Of a stretch of 64,000 nucleotides of DNA, positions 37,443 to 51,216 are shown in pieces; positions within the stretch are counted from its first letter, which is position 1; each line of letters begins with the position of its first letter. The notes under the pieces were generated by a model. The model did not search any database and was not told where the DNA came from. It worked only from the letters and a program-made list of their open reading frames with translations. Source of the stretch: Podarcis bocagei (lineage: Eukaryota); assembly GCA_964188305.1 (NCBI GenBank), contig OZ076895.1. One strand, written 5' to 3'. Position numbers and translations under genes: made by a program.

Positions 37443-37602
37443 GGCAGGTGGGATAGCTCAGTTGGTAGAGCATGGGACTCATCATCTCAGGGTTGTGGGT
37501 TTGAACCCCACACTGGAAAAAAAGATTCCTGCATCGCAGAGGGGTTGTGACTAGATGACCCTCACGGTCCCTTCCAACTCTACAATTCTATGGTCCTATG
37601 AT
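37443..37602 (+). mobile_element. tRNA(Lys)-like-headed SINE with CR1-type tail
   Basis: GATAGCTCAGTTGGTAGAGCATGGGACTC...GGGTTTGAACCCCAC head followed by GGTCCCTTCCAACTCTACAATTCTATG. Confidence 0.8.
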
Positions 37603-38567
37603 ATCAGCTATGCTCCAGCTCTAAACAGTGTTCTCCAGATATACCAGAGGTGCTGGCCAGCAACCAAGCCTTCAAAACATAAAGGTGAGAAGGACTGAAG
37701 AGCTACTGAACAGGATAATTTCCAACCATAACACTGGAACATTTCAATGCTATTTAAAGGATGTGTATTTTGTATGCAATTCCAGTACACACAGGTGGAG
37801 CTGAGCTCCTGGTCAGTAGCTTTTGAACTAGCTGCTAATTTCTTTTCCATGTAATAAGATCACATGGAGAGACTCATAGTATCTGCATGTGGTTTTCCAA
37901 TTAAATTTTTCAATCGTGGCCTGTTTTTCATGTGCCCTTGCTCTGTTTAATGTAGTAATTATTTTTTAATTTGGCCAGCTGCCTAATGCCAGGGCAGCGG
38001 GGTCCATTATGAAAAATAGTGACATACAGCAAAAACAAAACAAACTTAACTGTTTCAGTTCTGAAGACGTTTACACCAGTAAGGGGGGGGGAGCAGATGT
38101 GTAGCACTCTACTGTAAGGAAAAGGTATCGGGGAAAAGAAAAGTGGAATGTGGACTTAAATATATGACTAGGATAGCCACATTTCTTGGGACCAAGTTCT
38201 CAAAAACAGCAAATGAAGAAGTAAATTGTTTCTGCCCCTCTTATAGAATTAGAGGGTACCTCCAGGGCCGTCTATCCCAACCCTCTGAAATGATGGGATC
38301 ATTGCAGAATGGTGGGTGGGTGTTTACACAATTGAGTAATACCACCTACAGTATGAGACAGGCAAGATTTGTTCATGACAACTAGGCCTTAGAGGGGGTG
38401 GTTCAGGATGCCCTTTGAAATCAGACTGTTGTAAATAGAATATTTATGTATTTAGAAGACCTCTGTACCACTGTTTGGAGCAATCACCTCACGAAATGGT
38501 ATCTAGTCCATAAAAAGTCATTTTAACAACAGACTAAATTAACCCTAAACAATAGTCTCCGCTATCC

Positions 38568-38790
38568 TGCATAGCCAGTGTTAGAGTGCCAGACTAGGCC
38601 CCAAGGGCCCAGGGTTCAAATATAAACTCATCTATAAACTCAATGAGTGACTTTAGGCCCGTCACAGCCACACAGCTTAATCTACCCAATGGGGTTGTTG
38701 TGGGACTTAAATGAGGAAGGGGTGAATCATGTTTACCACCCTGAACTCTTTGAAGAAGAAGGTGGGATATAAATTCAATAAACAAACAAA
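38568..38790 (+). mobile_element. Old MIR/Squam3-like SINE
   Basis: GTTAGAGTG.CAGACTAGG...GGGTTCAAAT...GTGACTTTAGGC core and GTGGGATATAAAT tail. Confidence 0.6.
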
Positions 38791-39609
38791 CTCCATCAGA
38801 TATTACTACACTAAGCATTTGTCTCTTACCAAACACATTGCTTTATTTATTAAATTTCTATGCCACCCTTCATTCTAGGGTCACAGAGCGGTTTACAATA
38901 TAAAAACACAAAAATACATATACTATAATTTAGAAGAAAGGGTTTAGAATATTATCACAAAAGCACACTAATGAACGAGCAGTTAGAGGAAGTTTTGCTT
39001 TAAAAGAAATCCCTCCATCATCTAATCAATTAATGGGGCTGTTTTCGAAATAAGACTTAAAATACTCTACAAGGGGTGAAAATCTTACTGGATTCTTTTT
39101 AGCAGTAATTCAAATAGATGGTTTTATTTCTGAAATGCTGATGTACTGCTGTGACCTCTATATTTCGCTGCACTTTATTTTGATTGACACTGAGGGGTAC
39201 ATTCAAAAGGCACAGACCACAGCTCTGGAGAGAAAATTATGTGGGCATAATTGTTATAGGATTATGAGTAATTGGTGAGAAATAAAAAGCACAGGCATGT
39301 GCCCAATTCAGTCTACACTTCCTATTCAAGCATGACTACATAGCCATCACATTTTAAAAGTTATGAACAATCATCCCCTTAGCTTAATGACTACTCATAA
39401 TTTTGTATGTGTATTATCTTATAACTTTCAAATGTATTCTCAAATAAGGTGCAAAACAAGGCAAGAGGAACTCTGCTATCTGAGATGAAAAGTTTATCTA
39501 GTCTAGAATCCTGCTTCCTAGAGCAGCCAACCATGAATGACTAAGAAATCTGGAAGAGGTCCTGCAAAGCAAAAGCCTTCTCCTGCTATTGCACCCCAGC
39601 ACCTTGAAC

Positions 39610-39755
39610 TCATAGAATCACAGAATTGCAGAGTTGGAAGGGGTCACAAGGGTCATCTAGTCCAACCCCTTGCCATGCAGGAATATTCTGCCCAACCCAG
39701 GCTTGAACCCACAACGTTCTGATTAAGTTTCATGCTCTACCAACTGAGTTATTGG
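39610..39755 (-). mobile_element. tRNA-headed SINE with CR1-type tail
   Basis: The reverse complement resembles 37443-37602. Confidence 0.75.
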
Positions 39756-40947
39756 TCGTTGGCATATTGCCTAGGAGATCCACACAGCTATCATGATGAA
39801 CAGTCACTGACTGATCACACCAAGAAAACAAAGGGAACATACATAATTATTTCAGCGCTAACTATGAAGTGGATCCGGCTGAGAGGCAAGGGCTGCTGGC
39901 TCATGGTCGCCAATCAGCTTCACAGCTGAGTGGAGCTCTGAACCTGGGTCTCCCCAGTCCAGATTCTGATATGCTAACAGTTGCACACACTGGACACTGT
40001 TTTAATTTGGTTGAAGTAAATTTGGCATGATCAATATTTCTCCTCAAAGTACCCTCCCATGACGAGGGCTGCTTGATTCAGGCTGGAGAAAAGCACTGCG
40101 GACTTTTAATTAGTTGGACGTGTAATGAAATAGAAAGTGCCATCAGTTATGAAGACAGCACATGATAATCATTATTAGGAGGCACCACAATCCGTTTCTT
40201 ATTAAGAGGGTTATTAACATAGCATAGTTTGCTGGTAATAGAAACCAGAAAGCTATGCAAAAAGTTGCTGGGAAATTCCATGCGTGGCAGAGACCTTTTA
40301 TTCTTTCGTAAGACTTCCTTTGTGCAAGACAGCTTGACTGCTTTACTTGCTAGACCTTTGAACAAAAAAAACACATTTCAAGGTGCTCAAGATATACTGG
40401 CCATTTACATACATGGAACTCTCAAGCTGTAATTACTTTCCATCTCCCAATAAAGCTGTACAGTGTAGGCTGCATTTATTTTGCCCAAAGCTAATCCCAA
40501 GCCTCTCATTTGGGTGGGTGGGTGCACACTTGTGTGTGTTGCTACAGTAAGATATTCAATCAAAGCTTTTTGAAGTGGTAGAGTGGAAACAGCTGCATCT
40601 GACAAGGTGTGAAGGCATAAGTTTATAGCTGTCAAATGTTGAAGTTTGTAAGCTGGACTGATATGAGACCAGGAGGTTGATAGCTTGTAGGCTGTGGCAT
40701 CTTCATAAGGAATGCACCAAGGTTGTGGGCTAAAAACTCTATGATCTAGTAAGCTTTTATTTGATATTCTAGAGGCCAGACTTCAAAGCGCCTTGTTAAG
40801 AGCAGATGTGTGGGTAGCTTCAGTAACCTTCTTTTGAAGGTATTTTTTTAGTTCATACATAAAAAACCCAGACATTGAATGTTGCCTCTTTAGAGAACTA
40901 CTGCTCCATCCAACAAAGACACAGGGTTCACTTTGAAGATGCAAGTT

Positions 40948-41083
40948 AGAGAATCACAGAGTTGGAATGGATCACAAAGGTCATCTAGTCCAACTGCCTG
41001 CAATGCAGGGATCTTCTACCCAGCGCAGGGCTTGAACCCATGAGCCTGAGATTAAGAGTGTCATCCTCTACCAACTAAGCTAT
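40948..41083 (-). mobile_element. tRNA-headed SINE with CR1-type tail
   Basis: The reverse complement resembles 37443-37602. GACACTCTTAATCTCAGG retains a CTT anticodon-like loop. Confidence 0.75.
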
Positions 41084-41496
41084 TTGTGTTTTTGAAAAGG
41101 TCATTAGAATGAAGGAAATTAGATTTTTACAAACTAGCCTAATATATGCTTTTAAAGTAACTAAATCCTGGTTTCTAAACATACAACAAGAATTACCAGT
41201 AAGGTCTTGTCCCTGAGATGAATACATTGAGGAACACTACAAATTGTGGTGACCAAACAACCCAGATAAACTTTCTTTGAAGAGGCATTTCTATCAATCA
41301 TAGAGAAATAATACTTTGCAACAGACTACATGTTCTGATAATGCTGCTAAAGGTTCATATGGCCACAAATTTTCTGAGGATGAGCAGAATTTCTATGTTT
41401 TGCTCTGTAAAGCCTTGGTGAAGACTGGAATCAATACATTCTGATCTGCAAAAATGTCCTCATCCATTCATTGGGGGGGGGGGGGCTTTTCAGAAA

Positions 41497-41799
41497 CCCT
41501 TTCTGCCCAGACACTGAGGTCCAGCTCCGAGGTCCTTCTGGTAGTTACCTCGCTGCAAGAAGCCAAGTTACAGGGAACCAGGCAGAGGGCCTTCTTGGTA
41601 GTGGCACCCACCCTGTGGAACGCCCTCCCACCAGATGTCAAAGAGAAAAATAACGACAACACTTTTAGAAGACATCTGAAGGCAGCCCTGTTTAGGGAAG
41701 CTTTTAATGTTTAATAGGTTATTGTATTTTAGTGTTTTGTTGGAAGCCACCCAGAGTGGCTGGGGAAATCCAGCCAGATGGGTGGGGTATAAATAATAA

Positions 41800-41831
<32 letters not shown>
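41497..41831 (+). mobile_element. L2-clade LINE 3' fragment with (TTG)n tail
   Basis: Encodes ...QRAFLVVAPTLWNALPPDVKEKNNDNTFRRHLKAALFREAFNV*. Near-identical family to 61588-62119. Confidence 0.88.
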
Positions 41832-41850
<19 letters not shown>

Positions 41851-44181
41851 ATTTCCTATAGGTACATAGAAACCAGCAAGTAGGAAGAATCTGAAATAGA
41901 TGCCAATTTGCAGGTGATTTAATACATTATGTAGGGACAGATCTGGGTTAAGTATTGAGTGTAAACTGAACAGAAAGATGTTGCTGCCTAGTATACCTGT
42001 ATTATACATGTGCTTGCAAAAATGTATTGCATTCGCACTGTACATTGTGCTGTGTACTCTTGGACTTAACTGTACACCTAAAAATATAATATATGAAGTG
42101 ACCTTAAGTCACCTGTAGTCTTTAGCACTTGCTACTAACCTATGCACACTTCCAACAATTTATTGTATTACTGTAATAAATGAGTTGGGAAGAAAAAGCA
42201 CTTCCTTTCTTCCCTTCCACATCTCAATTTAGCCAGAAGGAATCAGTTTCACTGACAAAAGCTCTGGGCAGAACATCTGAAGCGTGGCATTATAAACCAG
42301 TAATATCCTATTATTAGAGTGCCTATTTCTGACATCTAACACCAAGTATCCTTTCTTCCCGTTCTGTAAAGCTTTGTAGCATTTTATGGCAACTATTTCA
42401 GTCAAAACAAGTTAGTTGAATAGGATCAATCATTCCGTCTATTTCTGATGTTCAAGCCAAGAGTGCTGTGGCAAAAATGGGATAACATACAAGGAAGACA
42501 AATGATCTGGCTTGGGGGAACCCTAAGATTTCCAGAAGTACTAAAAAAAAGTAAAATATGTGGGAGGGGGGGTGTCCCCTCACATCAAAACACCTCAGCT
42601 AGTACTGAGCATGCTGAATGGCTACAGAATGAACAATTTTTCAGCAGGGAGTCCGGGGCAATGGATGGAGAGGCAGGAAACCGCAGTAGCAGCATCCCAC
42701 ACTACTATATTAAACAATGATGCATAAAACTTAATTAAGGAATGAAGCACTTCTTCAATAACAAATACATTTTTTAAAAGACATTGTTTCCTCTTCTTTT
42801 TAGAAGTGTTTCTAAACATTTTAATGTTACTTACAAAAATCAACAGGAAAAGCAATTCATACACATGAAGCATGAATTCCACCTTCAACACGAATTCTAT
42901 AGTCAAGCTTCCTCACGCAGATTGGAACTGCCCTGCATTTCCCTTAAATGTGTGGTATTAAAACCCTGGCAAAAGGTACATTAGCACAGTGTAAAATAAT
43001 GATTAATTGAACAACCTGTAGCTATCCACAGAGTCATGCCCACTCAAGTAAAATTGGACTGAGAGAATATGGTAAAATGGAAGAGGTTGTTCCATCCCTA
43101 GCAAACAGAGTGGGGGTGGACTGTTTTTCAATTTGTTTCCATATATATATATTTTAGTTTCATAGATCTTATAGTTCATTCACCTGAATCACATGTTCAG
43201 AAACATTTCCGTTTCTATTCATCTGAATTGCATTCATTCACTAGTTAGTTTTTTCCATTGGTTTCCAGTGAAAACACCAAAGTTACAGGCAGCAGAATAG
43301 AAAGCCCAGGCAACCCTATGCAACTATGTCAATAATAACATCCCCTATATAAGACATATCAAATTTCAAATAGATGAGGCAAAGGGGGCCTCTCATATAG
43401 GCAATTATATAAAAAATGATCCTATAATCTACCCATTAATTTCAGCTGGAGATAGCTGATTTTTTTCTGCCTGTGACTTCTATATTTTTCATCCTATTGC
43501 CTATTTCCAAACATACTAGTACCCACTCCCTCACCAGCACATCATAATTGCCACATTTCAATTATGTATGAAAAAGGATCCTCGTGTTATCTGTAACCTT
43601 AAAAAAGAGGCAAACAATATTTTTTCTATCTAAAATAAATAGTGCTTTCCATTATGTCAGTTTCACTGCTTTCCCTTTCACCCTTCCCTGTGACCTCTCT
43701 ATGAACTGTAGATAGCACTGCAGTTTATTTTTTCAGTGCAAAATAATGCCTCTGGTGTAAAACAATTTAATAAAATTAACAAATTTCAGTCCATTTCCTT
43801 TCATTTTCCCTCCAAAAACTAATGAATACATTGGCGTTCATGCATGTTGTTTTTCATTTGTTTTCAGCAACTACCTATGCTTTTAAAGATTCAAATCTAG
43901 GCCAAGAAGCTGAATTTAAAACATACAAATAGTAAGCGGGAAATTGAGCATTTCTAAACACTGCATCAAGATTCCTGTCTGCAGCAATTGATTTGACAAA
44001 TGTCAAAGGTTTCATCAGAATATTAATAATGAATAAATTATCTCTTAAATTATCCTTTGCAATATACGCTTAGAGATCAAACAGTCACAAAATTAAATTC
44101 TCCTCAGGATAGCACATTTTCTTGCACTACTATAAGCATAGCAGGCTTGAACTGTGCATCCCTCTCTACGGAAGTACTTAC

Positions 44182-44245
44182 ATGAGGTCTCAGCTCAGCT
44201 GCCATTTTATAATACTTCTCAGCTGCTTCATTGAGGCTGGCTTGT
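44182..44245 (-). CDS. TMTC2: TMTC2 penultimate coding exon
   Basis: (R)QASLNEAAEKYYKMAAELRPH. Acceptor ttccattag|A, donor CAT|gtaagt. 64 nt, phase 2 to 0. Confidence 0.95.
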
Positions 44246-44440
44246 CTAATGGAACAGAAGGGGAGACAATTAAAGTTCAGTTGAAACCACATTGGGAACC
44301 TACAATTCTTCAGAGGGGAAATAAAAAATAATTTATTTTTACAATTAATCAACAATAATGATATTATTTAAAAAAATAGGGATTAATAACTGCTGCAAAC
44401 AATTAATGCAGTTTCATGGTTTACATCTCTACAGCTTAGA

Positions 44441-44471
44441 GAGATAGATGATAAATAGATGATAGATAGAT

Positions 44472-44506
<35 letters not shown>

Positions 44507-44522
44507 GATAGATAGGTAGATA
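44441..44522. repeat. (GATA)n microsatellite
   Basis: Directly visible, about 200 bp upstream of the acceptor of exon 44182-44245. Confidence 0.95.
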
Positions 44523-46732
44523 CAACTTTACATAGTTTTCAAACAAGCTGAAATTGCTTTGTGATGTATCTATTTACTAAATAGATTTACAAGCAGAGCA
44601 AACCAAATTCTGGTTGGCGAGTAGCAGGGTGGAGCAACAGATTAATCGTGGCATTGCAAGGCTTGCTGGAAGGCACGTGAGTAGAACTGGGGGGGGGGAT
44701 TAGCTGCACTGGGCCATTCTGAGAAGGTTCTATCAGCTTTGGCTACAGCAGTTCCACAAATGGTTCTGCTCCACCCAGCCCTCATAATGCCCCGTTTCAG
44801 GATCCTACACTTGCTAGCTTCGCAAACCAGCTTGTGGTTTCAGCTTGTGGATAACTCAGATAAGACACACCTCTGTCTTATCCCAACCCCTTTCCAGCAG
44901 CATGTATCAGGGGTTAGGTTTGCTCTGTAAGGAGATTTGGCTATTTACTACTGCCCACTAGTTGGCTTGAGTGGTCTCAATGACTGGAAACTGTTTAAAG
45001 GTAAATTCACCTATTTGAAAAGTAACTTCTTTCTCCGAAATAAATTACAGAACTGGTGCATAGTTTAACAAGAGAATTGATTTCCAAAACTTGGTAACTG
45101 GCAACTAAGAGAAAACAGGACAACAAATTGATTACTCAAAAGTTAATAATAAAAAAGACCTGCCCTCAGGGAAGCAGGTTTGGAAGATACCATTTTCCTC
45201 AGGCATAGTTTGCGTGGCAAGTCCCCTCCCCCATGTGAAATGAAGACACTGGACACAGTATTTAAGGTTAATGGGCATAAAAGGCCACAACTTAATTGAT
45301 TACAGAATTGGAAGGTATTGGCCTTAGGCATTGGCTCCTATCGACTACCCGGCATGGGGACCGGGAAGGGTTGTCCACAAGCCGTGGGAGTCCTGTTGAA
45401 GTACGCCAACTAGCTTCCTGAATTAGTCCCATGGGTAATTCCTACCAATCAGGTAGATTGTACAGATTGTACAGATTGTACAGTAGATTGTACAGACAAT
45501 GTTTCTGGCTCAGTAAACCATAGTTTATGAAGTATTGGATCAGTGTGGTCCTCATTTCCCTTAACCCAGGATGTGTCTGCTCTTGCTACATTAAAACTCT
45601 GTTCCTCCTTAGGTCCAAGATGAAGAACTGTGGTTTAATATCAATTTACAAACCAGGATCTGAAACCACAGGTTATTAACCAGGATCTGAAACCAGTGTC
45701 AAACTGACATTTCATCACACTTCCTCGTTTCAGAAAGAATGATAAACTGTGGTTTAATGTAATCTAAGATTTGAGCAATAAAGCCAGTACGCAAGCAGAA
45801 GAGACAAAGGGAGGAATGAAGGCAGATTCATGGCCCCAGTACTTCTTCCCAGTTTGGCAGAATCTCCTTGCTTGATAAAGGATAAATGCACTTGCCCTTA
45901 AGCAGAGGGTATGACTTTGGCTGGCACTGGGACATTCCAGCTATGTTATCATGTTAATGAAATGTAATCATGGATGCAGCAGTAAGATTAAAAAGCAAGA
46001 TAAATTAGCGGTGAATAAAAGAAACGAAACCCAAGAGACCTGTGATCTGCTCTTCACTTTATTTGAGAGCTATCTGTGTGGAATAGACCAGACAGATCTT
46101 CTATAGGGTGAAAGGTAGCTTCTTTTAAGTATGTGTGAAGGCTCTGGAGACCTCAGAATAAGGACTTTGGCAGCAATGGCAAAGAACATCACTTTCTGAG
46201 TCACTGGGTCAAACCTAAGGCAGGCAGAGTTATTATCCTTTTTTCTGCTGTGCCTCAGTCATATAATGGCCAAAGACAGTTCTGCTGATGCAGGGGATCT
46301 GAGGAAGCAATATGGATCTGAGGAGCTCTATGCCTGGTTCACCTGTCTAAGGAACTTGTCACTCAAGTAGTCCAGATACTGCCATAAATCATTCTCTACC
46401 TGCTCCAGAACATAACCACTGTCCTGTCCTCAGCCATTTTGCTAATTTCTGGTCCCTTCAGTCTTGATCTGTGCTTGGATTTTAGCATTTGGCTCTGACC
46501 CCACCAGGTCTTGATGCTATAAAACACTAATACAGTAAGACAATATCTAATTTAGAGACTAAAGAAGGGAAATCATCTTCACACGGAAATTAATTGTCTT
46601 GAATGCATGCATTTCATGTTGTCATTTGTTCAAAATGTGTTATCAAGCACAGAATTTTATATAATGAAAGTACAGATTTCAAAACCTAAAAATGAAAGGA
46701 TGACAAAAAGTAAGAGACAAATACAAACAAAC

Positions 46733-46847
46733 CTGAGCATGTGAGCTGCATTGAAGACAACATCAAACTCTGTGTTATCCAATTCAGCTGCTTTCTTTGC
46801 CATCTCTGCAGCTTCTATCAGGCGAGAATCTTCTAAGAGAAACTGGC
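46733..46847 (-). CDS. TMTC2: TMTC2 coding exon (third from last); not in the supplied ORF track
   Basis: Hand translation gives (G)QFLLEDSRLIEAAEMAKKAAELDNTEFDVVFNAAHML+AG. Acceptor tttcag|GC, donor AG|gtttgt. 115 nt, phase 1 to 2, joining both neighbouring exons in frame. Confidence 0.95.
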
Positions 46848-49658
46848 CTGAAATACATGTAGCACTGATATGAGCTCAAAAGGGAAGGCACACACTTAAG
46901 TATGGGAAACAAAGTTAGAAAGGACTATTCTTTTACATATTACATTACTACCCTGAGTTACCTTGTCATATTAACTTCAGATGAACTATTACAGAATAAT
47001 TTGGCAAATATTTGTTTACATTTGCATTCCAACCTTTTCTCCAAGGAACTGAAGGGGACATACTTCGTCCTCCCCAAAATCAGAGACAGAATGCTATGGT
47101 GGAATGGGAAGTGAACCAAGGTATTCCTTGGTCTAAATCCAAACCTCTTACCATTTCATCACACCAAAAATACTGCAGCATGGTACCATGAAAAACCTAT
47201 TAAGTGACCCAGAAGCATTAAAAGGAGAATCAGCATCTATGTCCATACTAGGTGATGACTTGGTAAGATGACTTGCCATCAACAGTCTCAGACCCATTAT
47301 TAGACTAAACTTTGCCTGAAACTGATCTAGAAATCCACTTCCTCTAGAAATGGCAAATGTTGTGAGGTAAACATCTCTTATCAATCATAGATAGATAGAT
47401 ATGGATATCGGCTGATAATTCCCTAAATCGATTAGATTGAGAGTACATCTTAAATAGTTGATTTTGCACTCTTTCTGCAAAGATGGAAACTTGCCCTCAG
47501 CATTTACAATCAGCTTGTGTGGTTGGGGACCTAAATCAGTTTAGTCTTGGAGTGATGCAATATACCAGGGAGGACATGAATAAAGTGCATGTGGTAAATT
47601 GTATCTCTACAATAGAGGTGGGAATTCTCAGGATCAGGGGCCAAATGCAGCCCTCTGGGATCTCCCTAGACCATTCCCTCCCCAGGCCCACACTGTGCGC
47701 CAATCCTGTTCCACATTTAGTTTTGTTCAACTAAGTAATACTCAGAGGAGATCCACTTAAATCAATGGACAAGTTAGTTATCAACTGATTTCAACAGGTC
47801 CACTCTTGAGTATTATTTAATCTAACGAAAGCCTATGTATTTCTCAATGTATCATTTCTGTGGATTGCCTAGATCAGCTACGGACTACACCAGCTTTTAT
47901 GAATGATAGAGGCTACAACAATCCCATGCACATAACATTCAAAGATTACTACAGAAAAATAAAAACAGTTTTAACTTTTAAAAATGGTAACAGTGTACTT
48001 TTAGAGGCTAGCCGATGATTCTCCCCAATTATTAGTATTCATTTGAAGTGTTGTACTTTAAAGCATAAAAAAATCTGATGACAAAAATACTTTTAGCACT
48101 CCAGGATCTTTGTGATCCAGTCCTACTTACAATAATAGACTGATACATGTAATTTATTAACTGCATGCTATGTTAACCAGACAGAACCAAGAACAAAAAT
48201 TAGAAACATTAACCAACAAAAACTCTGCAGGTTCAGCTACAGAGAACAGCACACTACATGATCAATTGTTCGTTACATCAAGTGAGTGCATAATTACAGT
48301 AATTTAATGTGAATAATCAATTTTATTATAACACAGAATCATTAAGTGATTTACAATTATTAGGAAAATGTATTATTCAACAGAAATTAACTTCAAATCT
48401 CAGTGGTTATTAATAAAAGGGGTGCTATTTAGCAGAACATCTCTGTTGTTTCGTAGCTATTATAATATAAATCAAGCCTTTTTTCTATCTGTGTCAGTGG
48501 GGTTTTGGAAACCCTCCTCATTTTTCACCTTCATCCTTCCGTGCATTTAAGTACCTCACAGGCAAACCATTCTTTCATGAACCATATACAGTTGCCAGGT
48601 ATTCTAAATAAAACCATTATTTTAACTATTATGTTTCCAAAAAGAAATAAACTTATAGAAGGGGAGGTCTGGTCAGGGATGGCAGGAGTTGTCCAACAAA
48701 ACTAAGGGGCCCTATGCTGGCTACCCTCATGCAGGAGGTGTCAACTGTCAACCCTGAAAGAATCCTCTGCACATTATTTTAGCGTATCAAGGGACTCATA
48801 CATATTTGGCAAGGAGACTCCAAGGATTCTAGAGTGGCACACACAGTGTAAAGAGGCCAAATCAAGTGACTGCACAACTACAGCAACCTAACTTGAATAA
48901 CCAAGAAAAGGTGACAACCCCAAACCACTTGAGGATCAGGATGAATATCTCTGATCCAGAAAATGCTCTGTATACATGGGTCACTGCACAGGGCAATTTT
49001 TCTTTGGAAAATCCTTTTCAGTTAATAGTACTTAATTATTTCCTGAAGCCTTGAAGGGGGTTACTTGATGTTTAAGTGTTGCTATTCTCTCCTGGACTTG
49101 GAGCATGCACCAAAATACCTAAAATACCACCTAAAATACCACCACCATGTGTTTGCTACACAACCCTTTAACATTTGAGTAGGAAATTGGAAAACATTGG
49201 AGAAATTAAGGAGTTATTCCTCAAAGACTTACATTTTTTTAATAAGGAAGATTCCTAAATAAATGGGGAAGGAGTCATGTCTAGACACTGCAGAAATATA
49301 TATGTTGATACTTGTATTGCCTGTTCTAGCAAATTGTATGAAATCAACTGCCAATGGATGTCTATGACATGATGGTTTAGTGGGATTACAGAGACTTTCC
49401 CTGCACCCCCATATAGAAATCTAAACATGTGACTCCAAATTACAATTAAAAATGTGTGTTTAATTACTGAGCAACCCTTTGAAAATTTCATCCAACAACA
49501 AACTAGTGAATAGTTATGGATTTATTTCCATGGTACAGAACAAAAGACCCTAAGCATCTTATTTTCTGTCATTTTGATGTTTTATTTATTCAACCCTTCT
49601 CTATCCTTAGCTGTATTAATCACAATTTGGAATATAAGACAAAATTCATATTCCTATA

Positions 49659-49900
49659 TAGTGGTATCTCGGTTTTCATACGTAATCCGTTCCGGAAGAC
49701 CGTTCAAGTTCTGAAATGTTCGAAAACTGAAAACTCAATAGCCGACAGCTAGGCCTCAGGATCTTGCACTCGGCGGTAGCTGCCTGGCAAGTTTGACTTC
49801 CGAGGTGTGTTGGAAAACTGAAGCATTTACTTCCGGGTTCACGGCAATTGAAAACCGAAATGTCTGTCAACGGAGACATTTGAAAACCGAGGTACCACTG
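49659..49900. mobile_element. TcMar-Tigger-like MITE
   Basis: TA|TAGTGGTATCTCGGTTTTCA ... TGAAAACCGAGGTACCACTG, with a CpG-rich interior. Confidence 0.82.
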
Positions 49901-50721
49901 GACATCCTTGCACATGAACATCAGTGGATTTCACTCTATTTCAATTTACATGAAACCTATATGGTGTTACAAAGGAAACATAAAAATGTATAGAGGGCAA
50001 GCAGATGAATATCATCAGAAGAAACTCTCAATACTTCAGAAATAAAATACATAATGCATAGAGTATGACTAGATTCCAAGTCACAAGTGACCATTTATTC
50101 CTTTTGACTCCTTGGTGAGCAGCACTAGAGATGTTTCCATCAGTTTTATATTCCCTATGTGTGCCAAGAGGTTCTACTTTGAGATTTACATTGGTAATGT
50201 GGATATATTTTCTTGTGGTTTTGCAGGGAAATATATATATGTGGGTTATGAAGTATACTTGCTCAAGCAGATGCATGAAGAGTGGAGAGCAAATGTTTTG
50301 AGTGTCGACTTGAGATATGCTTTTGCTAATGGTAATTGCTTTGGAGTCAAACTATTCATGCTGCTTGATAGGTGGTTTAAAATAAGAGCAGCAAAAAAGG
50401 AAGACAAAAGGATGCTTAAGTGTTGGTTAAATCTATACATTTGATTGGAAACCTTTCAAAACACCGCTCGCTTAAAGAAACAGCATATAGTCAAGTGAAG
50501 TGTGGCATATTGGGGGGGGGGGGGCTTGGTCACTCTCTTCATTATCTTCAAATCCACTTATTTATTCAATTTTCAATGAACTTTCATAACATTGTTCTCT
50601 CCGAAACTTTCAAAACTCTATCTTCCACCAGGAAGTCTCAAATAGTGTCAATTTTTGTGCTGCTTCAGTCCACTCATTCTTGGGTTGCCAAATGGCTGTA
50701 TCCTTGGTCACATATTTTTAA

Positions 50722-51010
50722 AGGAAGGGTCATAGCTCAATGGCATCTCCAGGTAGGGCTGGAAAAGACACTGGCCTGAAACTGCTGGAAGCTGCTGCCA
50801 TTCAGTGTGGGACCAGGTATAGCCAAGAAGGTACCTTACAGATGTTGTGGACTACAACCCCCTTCACCCAGCCCAACATGACAAATGGTTAGGAATCATG
50901 CAAATTGCAGTCCCCAATTTTTGGAGTGCACCATGTTGGCTACTGCTGCGCAGATGATACAGAGTTGTTGACTAGTGGTCTGATTTAGTAGAGAAGTAGC
51001 TTCCTATCTT
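50722..51010 (+). mobile_element. Old tRNA SINE split by a palindromic hAT MITE (50814-50948)
   Basis: SINE halves GGCATCTCCAGGTAGGGCTGGAAAAGAC... and ...AGTAGCTTCCTAT flank CAGGTATAGCCAA...TTGGCTACTGCTG. Confidence 0.65.
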
Positions 51011-51216
51011 CTTACTTTATAGAATTTCTGGGGACTGACTTAAATACAGAAATTTATCTGTAGGTGAATCATGCAAGATTCCTCTCATACTTGACTTTCT
51101 GTGTTCTGTATCTCAGGTAGATAGATATGTAGTAATGGATATCTATTTTAAAGCAGTAGCATCCTACTGAAAAGGTAGTCCTGACTTCACACAACTGTTA
51201 CACTACTACGTTTTAT

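Noticed and set aside
37443-37515. Possible tRNA-Lys gene
   Set aside because: The acceptor stem and anticodon loop are degenerate and the sequence is fused to a CR1-like tail, so it is a SINE head.
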